Origin: the human T2T-CHM13v2.0 reference genome, Homo sapiens
Length of the DNA stretch: 64,000 nucleotides
Strand: one strand, 5' to 3'
NCBI RefSeq assembly: GCF_009914755.1
Contig: NC_060940.1
Position numbers and translations under genes: made by a program. The notes under the pieces were generated by a model. The model ran no database searches. It saw nothing but the letters and a program-made list of their open reading frames with translations, and had not been told where the DNA came from. How positions within the stretch are numbered: the first letter of the stretch is position 1; the number at the start of each line of letters is the position of its first letter. Shown here piece after piece: positions 15,711 through 32,154 of the stretch.

Positions 15711-16119
15711 TTGTTGCTTGTTGTTGTTGATTACACACTGTGAGTCATCACTGCTGGTCTGGCTTGATCCAAAGGGACACTCAGAATGACTGGAAGAGTA
15801 GGGACCTGCACATCCCACAACCCTTGCTGGATATTGCTCCTGTCAACAATACTTCTGGCAACTACCATATGACAATGCACTTGAAGACTGTGCGGTCCAA
15901 CAAACTTTCAAGTGCAGCGATTTTATCCTGCCAGTTGAGTATGAACCACATAGGCTTAAAAAAATCAAGTGAGGGGTGGAAACTATATTATTGAGAGCAA
16001 GAAGATGGAGGTGGGGGCATATAAGGACCTGGGGCTGAATGAAAGGCCACTTCAGGATTCTTCTTAGAAAAATTTTGTTGGTGGAAGGCAGTTATTGTGG
16101 GTTGAGTTACTATAGCCAG

Positions 16120-16370
16120 ATGGTTAGGAGCATGGTATAGTGAGTCAGACAGTCCTGGGTTCAAGACCTCCTTCCCCCACTTACTGGGTGTGTGATGTAG
16201 GACAAGTTACTTAACCCCTCCTGCCTCAGTTTCCTCATCTGTTAAAGAAAGGAGAGAGAGAAAATAATGGCACCATCCGTGTATGGCTGGGATAAGGATT
16301 AAGTGAATTAGCACACATGAGATGCATTCTACGGGGCATACAGGAAAGCCAATCTAAGTGTTAGCTATTA
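16120..16370 (+). mobile_element. MIR
   Basis: caagttacttaacccctcctgcctcagtttcctcatctg. Confidence 0.85.
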
Positions 16371-17689
16371 ACGTCAAGGAATGAATGGAAGATGAGAAAC
16401 TGAAGACAGTATGGGGATGAAGGAAAGGGTTAAGGAGGATGGAAGTTTGAAGGGAGGCAGAACGGAGCAACTTTGTTTTAGGATGAGCCAGTGGGGAGAG
16501 AGAGAGAGAGACTGAGGTAAGTGAGGGGTGGTTATTGACGAGGTAAGAACGTTAGGGTAACAGATGAGACTGGCTTCTGGGCACAGGTGGAGCGGATAAC
16601 CGGGCAGGCGGAGGAGGAAGGCATTCAGGATGAGCAAGGTGGCAGCTAAGTTTAGCGTTGGAAGGGAGGGATTTGAATATGCATGTACTGTCCCACTGTG
16701 CCAAACAGCTCGATTTTTCAATCGTTCCTCAAGGGGAGTCCTGAATGGTGAAACAGAGTCAGCAGGAATCCCTGTGTTGAGTGCAGTCTGTCTGTTCCTT
16801 CTGGACTCAGGCCACTGGCTTCCCCAAGGGCCTCTTTAGGGACCTGGAGAGGGACCTTCCTTCCCTTTGTTAAGTGAAATTACATATTGAGGAACATTAG
16901 ATCAGCAGAGTGCTGGACACTGATTCCTTTTTGACATAAAGACAGCCTAGTCTTCAATCATTGCTTGCAGATGGCCCGAATTGGAAAAGGGTCCATGCCA
17001 GTTTCCTTGCATCATCATCCCTGGAGCTCGAATTCCTTCCAGTCCTGCCTTCCTCTTCTCTTCTCTTTTTCCTCCTCTCTCTCCCATCCCCTCTGCCCAG
17101 ACTCTCTCCCTCTCCCCTTCTTCCTCTCTACTCCTCTTCTCCGTTTCCCTCTTTATCTCTCTCCCACAAATCTATATTCAGTTTCTGTCTTCCAAAAAGA
17201 AAAAGTGAGTAGGAGGACAAATTGTTTAAAAGCAACGCAGCTATTTTAACAAAATGCTTTTTCCTTTGAGTCAGTCCTAAGAAATTTGGGTAAAATCAAA
17301 GCCAGAATGAACCAAAAAATTATTCTGAAAAATGACATGGATTAGGGAAAAGAGCCTAAACTCCCCCAGATAGAATGGGGAACAGGAAAGAACCAGAGAG
17401 GATGTGATGTGAACACCAATGTGTTGGAAAGAAAACCAAAGGAAGGAATTTGATGAGATTGGAAAGGCAGCAGACAGAAAATGAGAAGACATTTATCCAA
17501 TCACTTGAGTCCATTCCATCACAGACACCTGACTCTTGGGAACATCTGGATGAAGGTTTGTGTAGACATGATCATTCAGATCTCAGCCACTGAGGACGTG
17601 GGCTCCCATCTAAGCCAAGAAGTTATTGTCCCTTGAATTTCAAGGTTCTAGAGCTGTTAAGAAATTATTTGAAATCTTATCTGTTGGAA

Positions 17690-18050
17690 GAGCCAGAAGC
17701 TTAGCTCTAGTCTCAGCTCTGCCCTTAACTTTCTCTGCACCCTGAAATAAATCATGCCCTTTGCTGGGGAGTGGCACTGTTTTCTTCTTTCCAGAAGGAG
17801 AGGATGGGTCTAGATGACCTCAATGGTCCTCCAACTCTGATGTTCATCCTCTGGTTCTCTTTAGCCTTGCCCCTCTACTTGACAGCCAGTGAAGAGCACA
17901 GACTTGGGAGCCACACTGCCTACATTTGAATCTTGCCTCTCCACACCCGATGGCTGTAAATCTTTGAAGAAGCTACTTTGAGCTCTCAGGGCCCTCAGTT
18001 CTCCCATCTGAGAAATGGATAACAATAAGGTTCTTCACTTTTCCCCTTCT
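17690..18050 (+). mobile_element. MIR3 and MIR fragments
   Basis: ctagatgacctcaatggtcctccaactctga (MIR3 3' end); MIR core at ~17995. Confidence 0.65.
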
Positions 18051-19084
18051 TATCTAAGAAACTATGTCAGAATACAATTGAGTGACAATAGAACCCGCCC
18101 TCATTTATAAAACTCAAAAGCACATCACTTGCACACTTCAAAACCTACACTAGAAGATATTTGGGATGCCTTCTACAATTAACAGTTAAATAGCCTGAAA
18201 CTGAGATTTGGTTGTTCTTCTGATCTGCTTCCATTTCAGTTTCAGCTTTCTCAAGCTGAGGACCAGAGAGGCAAATCTATCTGCCCAGCATCAGTCAGCA
18301 GATGTTCTCGAAAGAGCCAAGGGACACCTAGCAAGGGGAAATCCTCTCTTCCTCCAAGACCCTGCATCTGGTTTCGGGATTCATATTGAAAATATGGGTG
18401 AAAAAAAATAAGCCTTGAATCTTCTAGACCCACATATGAACTGTTTCATTCCAGTCCCCTTGCTTTTCGTCCCCATCCATCCTCTTCCTCCAGCCACTTC
18501 CTTGGCTGCAAGAATGTGTTTTCATAGGAAATTGCTCTCACCTTATCTCCCTTCTGAGAAAATCTGCTGCTTCTGAAATGATGTATTCTTCCCACAAACC
18601 TGGCATTGTGCACCTGATCGTAGGTGCAGAAGCAGGAAGAAAAATCTACATAGCAGCAAAATTGCTTCCTTTTGCTTATCTGCAAACTCTTAGCTTAGAG
18701 AGGATGCTGGAAGAAGGCACCAGAACGTCTCCCCTCCGGGCAGCGAGGACAGTTTCCCCTTGGCTTGGGAGTGAGAAATCCCCGAATCAGCCAACACAAA
18801 GGGACACAACACCATTCCTGCTGGCAGCAGAGTCGCCTGTGCCAAGGCCTCGGGGTCCCCAGCCGCTGTTCATTAATGCTGCCCATGGGCTGAGGGAGAA
18901 ATCTGTCTGTTCTGATGGGCAGAAGGTCCAGGTTCCAGGGCAGTGGAGGGGATAATTGTCTTTATAGCCAGGGGATGCTTGGCAAGGAGGTCAAGTGACT
19001 TACACACTCCACAAAGTCTAGGTGGATGATGATGATGAAACCATATTGCCTTTAACTCCTGACAGGAACAAACAAAAGATAATT

Positions 19085-19195
19085 CAGGGTCTCACTATGT
19101 TGCTTAGGCTGGTCTCAAACTCCCGGCCTCAAGCGATCCTCCTACCTATGCCTTCCAAAGTGCTGGGATTACAGGCATGAGCCACTGTACCCAGC
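19085..19195 (-). mobile_element. FLAM/AluJ left monomer
   Basis: Antisense monomer. Confidence 0.85.
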
Positions 19196-20060
19196 ACAAA
19201 TAAGATATTTTAGAAAAAACATGTTGTAGAAAGAACAGTGAAGGGTCATAAGGGAATGAAATTTGGAATCTTGCCTGCCATAAGAGTCTTGTGACAGTTT
19301 GTCTAGCAAAATTAGAAAAAGGATTTTTGGCCTGCGTATTTCATAGAGCTACTATGAGAATTAAATGAGATAATAGGTGTAAAAGGACTTTGAGAATGAT
19401 ATTGCATTTCATTCATTCATTCCTCCTAATGATAGATAGTGAGTATTCACTAGATGTCAAGCACTGCAGATAGAGTGGTGTAAGGTAGGCATGGTAACTG
19501 CCCTCACATGCATGTTGGGGAGGACAGCCTACCACTGCAGTGTGTGCTTTTAAAGGATGAATTGTCAGGAGGGTCCCTCAGAGACCAAGTCCTAGACCTC
19601 CACCTGCCAGTTTAGCAAGAAGTCCAATTTCTCCCACCTTGGGTCTCTTCTTAAGTCTCCAGGTCACTCTGGGCTCTAAGTGGTCAGTCCAGCTTTCTCC
19701 AGACTTGCCGCCTGAACTGGAGCCCAGATGTACTTCCTGGAGCTATGGTATGTCAAAACTACTACCGAGATGCCAGCTTCAGAATGGGGTTTCATTCTAC
19801 CAAGGATGTCCCCTGTGTACCTACTGGGACAGGGAAACCCCAATACATTCTCAACTTGCTACTCCTGGTGCTGATGGCGGCTAGATGTCAGTCTCCAGAG
19901 ACAGTGCAATTTCTGCCTACGTTGTTGTTACTCTTCAAGGTGTTAATAATAAAAATAACTGACAATCAATCGTTATTGAGTGATTTTGCAATTTATGGAC
20001 TAAGTATTATTCTGAGTATGTTTTATGCATTAACTCATGTAATCCTCAAAGCAACTTTAA

Positions 20061-20371
20061 TGCCAGGTGTGGTGGCTCATGTCTGTAATCCAAGCACTTT
20101 GGGAGACTGAGGAAGGAAGATTACTTGAGCCTAGGAGTTTGAGACCAGCCTGGGCAACATAGTGAGACCTCATCACCACTAAAAATTAAAAAAAATTAGC
20201 TGAGTGTGGCGGCACACACCTGTAGTCCCAGCTACTCTGGAGGCTGAGGTGGCAGGATTGCTTGGGCCTGGGAGATAGAGGCTACAGTGAGCTATGTTGT
20301 GCCACTGCACTCCAGCCTGGGCTACAGAGTAAGACGCTGTCTCAAAACAAACAAACAAACAAACAAAAAAA
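20061..20371 (+). mobile_element. AluJ inserted in a MIR (~19960-20520)
   Basis: Full Alu with (aaac)n tail; the MIR resumes at tttacagatgaaaaaactgaggc. Confidence 0.9.
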
Positions 20372-21414
20372 CCTCAAACAGGTATTAGGATTATCTCCAT
20401 TTTACAGATGAAAAAACTGAGGCTTAGAGAGGTTAAGAAACCCTCCTGTATCACAGCTAATAGGCAATAGACCAGGATTTGAACCAGAGCCATCACCTTT
20501 AGCTATCATGCTCTACTGCCTCTAAGGAGGAGGACAATTTTGCACAAGGTGCATCACACCAAAATAAGACGTACAGATCTTTAGATTCAGGTCCAAGTCT
20601 GCCCCCAGGATGACAAGGTCAGAAGCCCCCCAGTGTCCACAAGCTCACAATTGTCATTCTCTTTCTGTGACCCGACTCCTGGTCCTTCCTCCTGCCTTCT
20701 GCCACCCTCAGGGTGACTCCCACCTAGGGATTTACATGGCCTGCCCACACCATGAACTAAGTCAGTTTGCCCTGAGAGTCTACAACTTTCCATCTTGTTC
20801 TCCTTCTGTAAATTTGTCCTCTGAACTTGCAGCTCTTCCAGACCTGCATAGCAACTGTCTTTCTTGCAGAAAACAAAATTAAACCTCTTCCTTACCAGAC
20901 ACCCAGCTGTGCACAAAAACTTAATCAATTACAGTTGAGATTAGAGCTGCAAAGAAGCTGCTCACGGGACTGTGGCGATACTACCGTTATCTCTGAAGAC
21001 ACTCCTGAACCATTCTCTGGAGAGGAAGGTCTGGCTTGCTGGGATGTGTGCTCATCCTGCAGGTATTTCAGGACTAGAGACTCCCCCGTAATACTTTCTT
21101 CCCCCTCTTCTCTTAAGTAAAAGTATTAAAGAATTAACCCTCCTCATTCTTTGATATACATGACAACTACTACTGTGTCTGAATAAGTGAATTAACTTTA
21201 TATTATAAAACTAGGGTTCTCAAAACACCAGCAAAGGGAGAAGAGAGGGGCTGCTTGATGCCTGTGTGTTACTAAAGTCCCAAGAAGGTGATGCCCTGGG
21301 CCAGAAAGGGCTTCATTATCTATTTTGAGCCTGCCAGTTATTTTGGGTGTGCAAATGGAGCTGACCTGTAATTGCCCCTCAAACAGGAACAGGAGCTGAG
21401 AGTGCAGCCACAAG

Positions 21415-21910
21415 CAATGATCCTCAGTCCTGGCTGTGCAGGAGGTTCCCTGAGGGGTGCTTAAAAATATTGACGTTAGTTGGGTACAGTGGCCTGCACC
21501 TGTAATCCCAGAACTTTGGGAGGCCAAGGCAGGAGGATTGCTTGAGCCCAGCCTGGGCAACAAAGCGAGATCCTGTTTCCACAAAAAACAGAAACAAAAA
21601 TTAGCTGGGCAAGGTGTTGCAAGACTGTGCTACTTAGGAGGCTGAGGCAGGAGGATGGCTTGTGGCCAGGAATCTGAGGCTGCAGTGAGCTATGATTGCA
21701 CCACGGCACTCTAGCCTGAGCAGCAGAGCAGAATCCCATCTCTAAAAATAAAATAAAATAAAATAAAATAAAATAAATAAATAAATAAATAAATAAAAAT
21801 ACTGATGTCTGTCCCCCTCCTCCAGACCAATTTAAACAAGAATTTTGGGCAACAGCTTGTTTTGAAGCTGCTCTGGGAATCCTAATGGGCAATTGGGGTG
21901 AGAACTGGTG
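21415..21910. mobile_element. MER5-type MITE interrupted by AluJ (21478-21799, +)
   Basis: Alu TSD aaaaata(t/c)tga(c/t)gt; MER5-like flanks ending tgagaactggtg. Confidence 0.7.
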
Positions 21911-22481
21911 TGCTGCAAGGAGCAGAGCTTCCAAAAACTATAACCAAAACCCTCTCACCTTACAACTGCAAACAAGAGAGGACTTAGAACAAGCTGAATA
22001 GAGGATGCATCTACCCGCCCACCCACTCACTCACTCACTCACCAAGTGTTTGTTGAGAACCTACTACCTGCCAGGCAGGTTGAAGTGTCCTCCAGACTCG
22101 ATAGCCTGAGCAAACAGAGAGCTCTTCTGAGCTAGAATTTAGGCAGCTTAGCTCTGACATCTTGCAGCCTCTGAAACTCAGACCTCTGAGAGTCATCTAA
22201 GAACAGAAGCATAAGGGATGGATGGGGAGGGGGTGCTGTGGGTAGAAGATCTCTGCGGTGTTCCAGAATCTCTCCACCCCATGTGAGCCCTTTGTTCTGT
22301 TTCCTAGACGTGGTCAGCAAGAAAACCCTCACACTGTAAAGGATTTTTCTGCATTTTTTTTAGTGGCCTTGAGAAAGGGGGAAAGACTGGATCATACCCC
22401 AAAGTTGTTGTCACAGTAGCCTAAATGAGGGTCCTCAGCCTGGGCCTGGAGGCCTGTGTCTTCTTTTCTTTTTCAAAAGAT

Positions 22482-22482
<1 letters not shown>

Positions 22483-22508
<26 letters not shown>
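22483..22508. repeat. (TG)13
   Basis: Seen directly. Confidence 0.95.
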
Positions 22509-22509
<1 letters not shown>

Positions 22510-22512
<3 letters not shown>

Positions 22513-24262
22513 TGCTTTTCTTTATTACAGAAGCAATGCATTATTCACTATAGAAAATTTAGAAAATTAAAATTCGTTTGAAAGGTACAAGTAATAATTA
22601 TCTTTATATTCTCTTATCCCAAAGATAAACCCCTTCAAGTAAGTATATTTACATTTTCTACTGTATGTGATTAGCCCTTGTTTTTAACCAAAATGGGGTG
22701 ATATTCTACATTTTTTTGTAATGGACTTTTTCCTTTACTGAAATACCATGATCATCCTTTCTATATCAGATATTTTACTCCATCACTTAATGACTGGATA
22801 ATATTTCATGGTATAATGTACCATAAATTATTTAGTTAATCCCCAGTTATTGGGTATTTAGTTTGCTCCCAATTGAAAACCACACACACACACATACATC
22901 ACTGTAATTAAATCCTTGCACACACTCATCATAGTTTTCTAAAACTGAAATTATTGAGTCAGAAGATTATAGTATATTTTTAAATAAACTTTTTATTCTA
23001 GAATAGTTTTAGATTTACAGAAAATCTGCAAAGATAATATAAGAGTTCCTGCCCACATCCAGTTCCCCCATCGTTAAGATGTTACATGAATATGAGACAT
23101 TTGTTCCAACTAATGGACCAGTATTGACACATTGTTATTAACTACATGTCATAGTCTATTCTGATTTCCTGAGTTTCTCCCTAATATCCTTTTTCTGATC
23201 CAGGATCCCATATTATGTTTAGTCATCATATCTCCTTGGGTACCTCTAGACTGTGAAGGGATTTCAAACTTTCCTTGTTTTTGATGGTTTTGACAATTTT
23301 GAGAAGTGCTAGCTAGTTATTCTGTGGAATATCCCTCAATTTGCCTTGGGCTGTTTTGCTCATGATTACATGAAGGATCATGGGTTTGGGGGAAGAAGTC
23401 CACCAAGGTAAAATGTCCTTCTCAACACATCAAATCAAGGACATGCTGTCAACATGACTCACCACTGATGACGTTAGCCTTGATCGCCTGTCTGAAGTCG
23501 TGTTTGCCAGGTCTCGCCCCTGTAGAGTTACTTTTTTTTCCCCCTTTCCCTATTGTATTCTTTGGAAGGTAGTCATTATGCACAGCCCACACTTAAGGAG
23601 TAGGAAATTAGGCTTCACTTCCTTGAGGGGGCTGTGTTTACATAAATTATTTGGGATTCTTCTGTACCGGAAATGTGCCTATTCTCCCCCATAGGCTTAT
23701 TTATTTATTCATTTATTTACATCAGTATGGACTCAGACATTTATTTTATACTTTGGGTTATAATCTAATACTGCATTGTTTATTTTATTGCTCAAATTGT
23801 TCCACCTTCGGCACTGGGAATGCTTTCAGCTGCCTCCTGTGTCCCTTTGAAGCAGCCCCCATCAATGAGTATTTTGAACACATCCTTGCTTTCCAGCACC
23901 TCAAGATGCTCCAGGCACATCTTGTACATTCCCTGCCCCAGCCCCAGAAGAAGCCATTTCTGCAAGGGTCCTTGGTTCCTTTGACTGGAGAATGGTATTA
24001 GAAACCAAGATCTGAGTGCTGGGTGTGCTCATTGCTATTGGGATAATACTGTTCCTGTCAATGTAAAGAGCTTGGAAATCTGTGTATATATAGCAACCCA
24101 TGTAAATAGACACATTCATAACTATTTCCATATTTATCTACTTGTATCTATCTTAAGCTGAACATGACTTCATAGTGATGTATCCAGTGTAAAGACATGT
24201 ATGAGACTGTTTATTCAGTTGAATCCAGTATGACGTGGTTCATTCTAGCTTTCTCCCTCCTT
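22510..24262 (-). mobile_element. L1ME fragment plus L1MC-type 3' end (from ~22985)
   Basis: aaactttttattctagaatagttttagatttacagaaaa 3' terminus; ggagaatggtattagaaaccaagatctgagtgct L1MC motif. Confidence 0.75.
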
Positions 24263-24789
24263 GAAGATAGCCATATTTGAAAGGCTTTTGAGTCATAGTA
24301 CCATACTGCCTTCCATGAAATTTGGGAGAGGGGGTAGGGGAAGACAAGTGTGCCCTGAACCTATTTGCTGCCAATCAAGTTTTAATCAAGTTATCTGCAC
24401 ATGCATGGATGCACACATGCACACGCACACACACACACACACACACATACGATAGAATGATGTATTTTAACATAACATTTCTTATGTTGTATGAGGGTCT
24501 TATCATCCCTTTTGCTTGAAGGGATCAAAACCTGAAAGTACTGTCTGTACAAATCACCCACTTTGATAACCAGAGACCACGAAAATTAAAGAATTCCAGA
24601 TGGAAAGCTGTGGTTATTTCTATGTTTGTTTTTTACTTTGTAGCATCTTCTTTTGAGTGATGACTAAGGCCTTTTGATCTAAACTGCTTCCAAACTGCTT
24701 TCACATCCCAGATAAAGAGTTAGTCTTTTGTTCCCAATTTACGGCCCATAGACCTCATGGGGGAGACAGTGGGCTCTCGAATCTGTACA

Positions 24790-25075
24790 CAGGGGCCCCG
24801 ATAAGGTGTCTACAGAGGCCAGGCAGGTTACGCGTGTGAGAAGGGGCGGGGTGAGGACTCTGGCAAACTGGAAATTGCATGGTCTGTTACAGAAATGCAG
24901 GCCCATTGTTGCCAGGTCTTCTGATTCTGGGGGGGAAACCAGAAATCTACATTTTTGTGTAAACACCTACAATTTTGAAATGTTGGCTATGATTGTCAAT
25001 CTTTCCAAAACACTGCAAGAGCCAACCAAAATACATCCTCTGGCAGGATCACCCATTTGGGACCTTGGTATCTGA
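24790..25075. mobile_element. MER102-like hAT element
   Basis: gaggccaggcaggt...gttgccaggtcttctgatt...aaatgttggc...aaaacactg. Confidence 0.6.
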
Positions 25076-25127
25076 ACTCTCTTGTTAATTAAAAAACAAA
25101 ACAAGACAAAAAAAAAAAAAAACCATA

Positions 25128-25723
<596 letters not shown>

Positions 25724-26659
25724 TTATATGGGGATCCATGAATATCTTTTTATATTAAAAAGGGGTCCCACATATTAGAAAATATGGGTAACATTGGGTC
25801 ATTTTATCTTGCAACCACATTCACTTTCATTTTTTTCCTGAGCTGATGAGCTTCCAGACAACTTGGAATCTAGATTCTGTGGAGGTTGAAGAATTAACTC
25901 TGGAACTGAACAAACCACTAAAGGCAAAAATGATCCAACTCAGTCAACTTGTCTATGAGGCGTATGCGGTGTTGGGAGAAGTGTGGTATCCTGCAGCTCA
26001 CGACGGTCACAGAGAGGGTGCAGGCAGGAAAGGACTTCAGCCTGCCCAGTGATTATACATTTCTCATTCTCTAAGGTTGCCATTGTTTCTTTTGCTTTTC
26101 TGACTCATGACTCTCCCTCCTGGGGCTATGGGGATTGGTTTGAAGACATCGCACAAGGTACAAGGGAATGGAGCTGGGGGAATTGTTCTCTATTCAGCAG
26201 AGTCAGGCCTCCAAATAAAAACCATACTTCCTTCCTTCATCTTCGCATGCAGCATTCATCTCTCACCCAAGAGAGCACTATTCTATTCATCGGCAACAAA
26301 AGAGTGGAGACATTAAAGATCATTTTCTTACAGTTTAAAACAACTGCCTATTCTCCTCCTCTGGACCTGTCCATAGCTGTATTTCCTTTCTGCTTTCTGA
26401 GATCTCTGTGGTTGGGGATAAATCTGGAATTGAAAATTATGACTTGGCTAAGTGATTCATCCTGGGATAGTTCTGAGTATTTAATGAGATGACATAGGTG
26501 AAGGTTCTAGATCCAGGCCTTGGACACTGTGAGTTTCTAATTTCTCTCCTGCTATCCCCATGCTCAGAACCCGTAGGGCCTTGGGCAGCCTGGAAAGCAG
26601 CAAAAGTCACTCATCCTCCTTCTGATTCCTCATCACTTGTCATCCGGCTTCCTCTCTTG

Positions 26660-28160
<1,501 letters not shown>

Positions 28161-28164
28161 TAGA

Positions 28165-28550
28165 ATTGGGAGGCGGAGACAGGTGGATCACCTGAGCTCA
28201 GGAGTTCAAGACCAGCCTGGGCAATGTGGCCAAACCTCATCTCTACCAAAAATGCAAAAAATTAGCTGGGCTTGGTGGTATGTGCCTGTGGTCCAGCTAC
28301 TCAGGAGGCTGAGGTGGGAGGGTAGCTTGAGCCTGGGAGGCAGAGGTTGCAGTGAGCTGACTGCACTCCAGCCTGGGTGACAGAGCAAGACCCCATCTCA
28401 AAAATAAATGAACAAAAGAATTAGGTGGTGCACACATGTGGTCCCAGCCTACACCATAGGCTGTGGTGGGATGAGCCCAGGAGTTCAAGTCCAGCCTTGG
28501 CAACATAGAGAGACCCCCATTTTTAAAAAGTAAATAAAATAAAATAAAAA
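28165..28550 (+). mobile_element. 5'-truncated AluJ followed by a FLAM-like monomer
   Basis: Alu sequence with two A-rich tails. Confidence 0.85.
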
Positions 28551-29065
28551 CAATTTCAGTTCCAGGAAGATAGTGACCTTGTGGTTTTATCTATCGGCAG
28601 GACTGGATTAATAGCAAACTAAAACACGTGTTTTGGGCAAGAATATGTGGCGGGCTAGTGGGGGAGTGGAGAAAGAAAAAGTCTTTTAAAATGAGATTTG
28701 CTATCTCGAAAGCTTATTAAAGCAGTCATCATGGGAAAAAATAGATTTTTTTGGACTTCCTAATATACATTTTAAGGATAGAGTTTCCTTTTAATTATGC
28801 ATAGGAAAGAGTATTACCTTCTTAGTGCTTAGAACATTTCATTTTTTTTAGCTTTTTAAAAATTAAAGTGCATGTACAGAGAAATGCACACAGTGTAGGT
28901 ATACAACTCAATGAAATTTCATAAACTGTATACCTCTGCCTAACCAGCGTCCAGATCAAGAAATAGCACCTGATAAGCCCCTAGAAGCTTTTCTCATGTT
29001 CCTTCTGGTCACTACCAGCCCTGGGAGTGCGCTAACTTGACCTCCAACAGCACAGACTGGGGTAT

Positions 29066-29390
<325 letters not shown>

Positions 29391-29574
29391 TGACCCAGTA
29401 ACTGGAACAGTGCCTGGCAAAAACAAGATGTCAATCAGTGTTTGTTGAATAAACTAATTGGTAATCAATTAATTACTTTCCTCCATTGGTCTCCACGCAC
29501 ATCCTTTGTGGAGAATCCAGAGAGTGTGGCTGTCAGGGGCTTAACTGTCAAATTTGAGTAACAAAAAAGGGATG

Positions 29575-29778
29575 GAACCCTAATGTAAGTGATGGATTCT
29601 GGGTGGTGATGAAGTGTCAATATAGGTTCATCAGCCGTGTATGACAAATGTGCCATTCTGGTGGGGGATGTTGATAATAGGAGATGCTATGCATGAATGG
29701 GGATGAGGAATATGGGAAATCTCTGTACCTTCTGCTCGGTTTTTCTGTGAGCCTAAAACTGCTCTAAAAACTAAAAAG
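29575..29778 (+). mobile_element. L1MC/MD 3' end
   Basis: ggaaatctctgtaccttctgctc...tgtgagcctaaaactgctctaaaaa terminus. Confidence 0.8.
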
Positions 29779-29809
29779 TATATATATATATACAAACTTA
29801 TATACATAA

Positions 29810-29812
<3 letters not shown>

Positions 29813-29852
<40 letters not shown>
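29813..29852. repeat. (TG)20
   Basis: Seen directly. Confidence 0.95.
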
Positions 29853-29856
<4 letters not shown>

Positions 29857-29859
29857 CAG

Positions 29860-30458
29860 GTTTAGAGACAGGTTTGCTCTGTCACCCAGGCTGGAGTGGA
29901 ATAGGGTGATCATAGCTCACTGCAGCCTCCAACTCCTGGGCTCAAGGGATCCTCCCACCTCAGCCTCCTGAGTAGCCGTTGCACCCAGTTAATATTTTTT
30001 TAAATTATTTTACCATCATTATTGGAAAACTAACATAGGAACAGAAAACCAAACGTTCACTCATAAGTGGGAGCTGAACAATGAGAACACATGGACACAG
30101 GGAGGAGAACATCACACACTGGGGCCTGTCCTGGGTGGGGAGCAAGAGGAGGGAGAGCATTAGGACAAACACCTAATACATGCGGGGTCTACAACCTAGA
30201 TAACGGGTTGATAGGTGTAGCAAACCACCATGGCACATGTATACCTATGTAACAAACCTGCACATTCTGCACATGTATCCCAGAACTTAAAGTAAAATTT
30301 AAAAAAGAACTTTAAAAAGAAGGAAAAAAATTATTTTATAGAGATGAGGTCTTGCTTTGTTACCCAAGGTGGGGTCTGGAACTCCTGGCCTTAAGCAATT
30401 CTCTGCCCTGTGCCTCCCAAAGTGCTGGGATTGCAGGTGCGAGCCACTGTGCCTGGCC
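29860..30458 (-). mobile_element. AluJ split at its linker by an L1PA insertion
   Basis: Right arm at 29860-30000, left arm at 30331-30458. Confidence 0.85.
30013..30330 (+). mobile_element. L1PA7-like 3' end, 5' truncated
   Basis: ggagagcattaggacaaacacctaat...caaaccaccatggcacatgtatacctatgtaacaaacctgcac...cccagaacttaaagt; TSD aaattatttta. Confidence 0.9.
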
Positions 30459-31404
30459 TGTATATATGGTATATACACATTTAAGTGATGGTCTCAGAGC
30501 TGACCTCAGCCTCCTTCAGATCCAAGGCAATTGACAGGCACTTTTACCGGAAGTAGTTGGTCTGAGTGCTTTGATGGAAGCCACCAGGTGAACTTTCTTC
30601 CTCTGGTGCCATTCACCCAGTTACACCACAACTCTCCATACATTAGTGGGACTTGTCACACCAGTGGGCTTTTCTTGGAGCCACCGTGTGGTCACTGCCT
30701 TTGGATTTCTTTGCATTTGACTGCAGCTTATATTTAGCCCGTTGGAAGCTCAGGGTTTCTATTCTTCCTTCCGGGCTTTTCGTCTTTTGCCTCCTGGCTG
30801 CTGAAGTGACCATACTGAACAAGGTGAAAAGGCTGAACGGTGGCTTCAGGAGCAGAAAGCTGCTAAGCTAGAGTTTCCTGTGCAAGAGTATGGGGTAACA
30901 AAGCAGAGAGTTCTGGCACTGACCCCAAAAGACAGGGGACGCCTGGCAGTTAGGGGCTCTTTCCCACCTCTGGACTAATAAAGATTCCTTCCACCCATCT
31001 GGTATCTCCTTCGCCCACTTCTTTGCCTCTAACACCAGGTACCACAGTTTCTTTAATGTACAGCTGTCCCCAATTAAAAGAAGCCTTCATGGACACTCTC
31101 TGCCCCACGCCAAATTCCTGCCCACCCCTACCCCAACACATACACACACCCTACAGTTTGCATCGGGCAGGATACTCTGCACTATCCCAGGCACAATAAT
31201 AATAACCTCTGCTTGCACTGCCATGCTAGAGATTCACTTACAGCCCTTCATTCAGCCCACCCACTCCAGCCCATGAAGCCCCTCCTGGCCTCACCCCCAT
31301 TTTACAGATGGGGAAAGTGAGGCTCCAGGAAGTTGACTGACCCCCAGTCTCTCAACTAGTAAGAGATCAAGACTGGCCCCTTAGTCTGTTTGACACGGAG
31401 GGCA

Positions 31405-32154
<750 letters not shown>

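Larger units (their letters stand above)
14650..15990 (-). mobile_element. Possible L4/RTE-type LINE remnant, interrupted by MIRs and FLAM
   Basis: L4-like 3' motifs (tttatacc...ttccagaaagaatt; gagcttcctggcagcc) and an RTE-like ILNWQDKI at 15942-15919(-). Confidence 0.35.

Noticed and set aside
16971-17204. Candidate exon (ttgcttgcag acceptor, gtgagt donor)
   Set aside because: Weak polypyrimidine tract and low-complexity interior; such site pairs are common by chance. A lncRNA exon cannot be excluded without RNA data.
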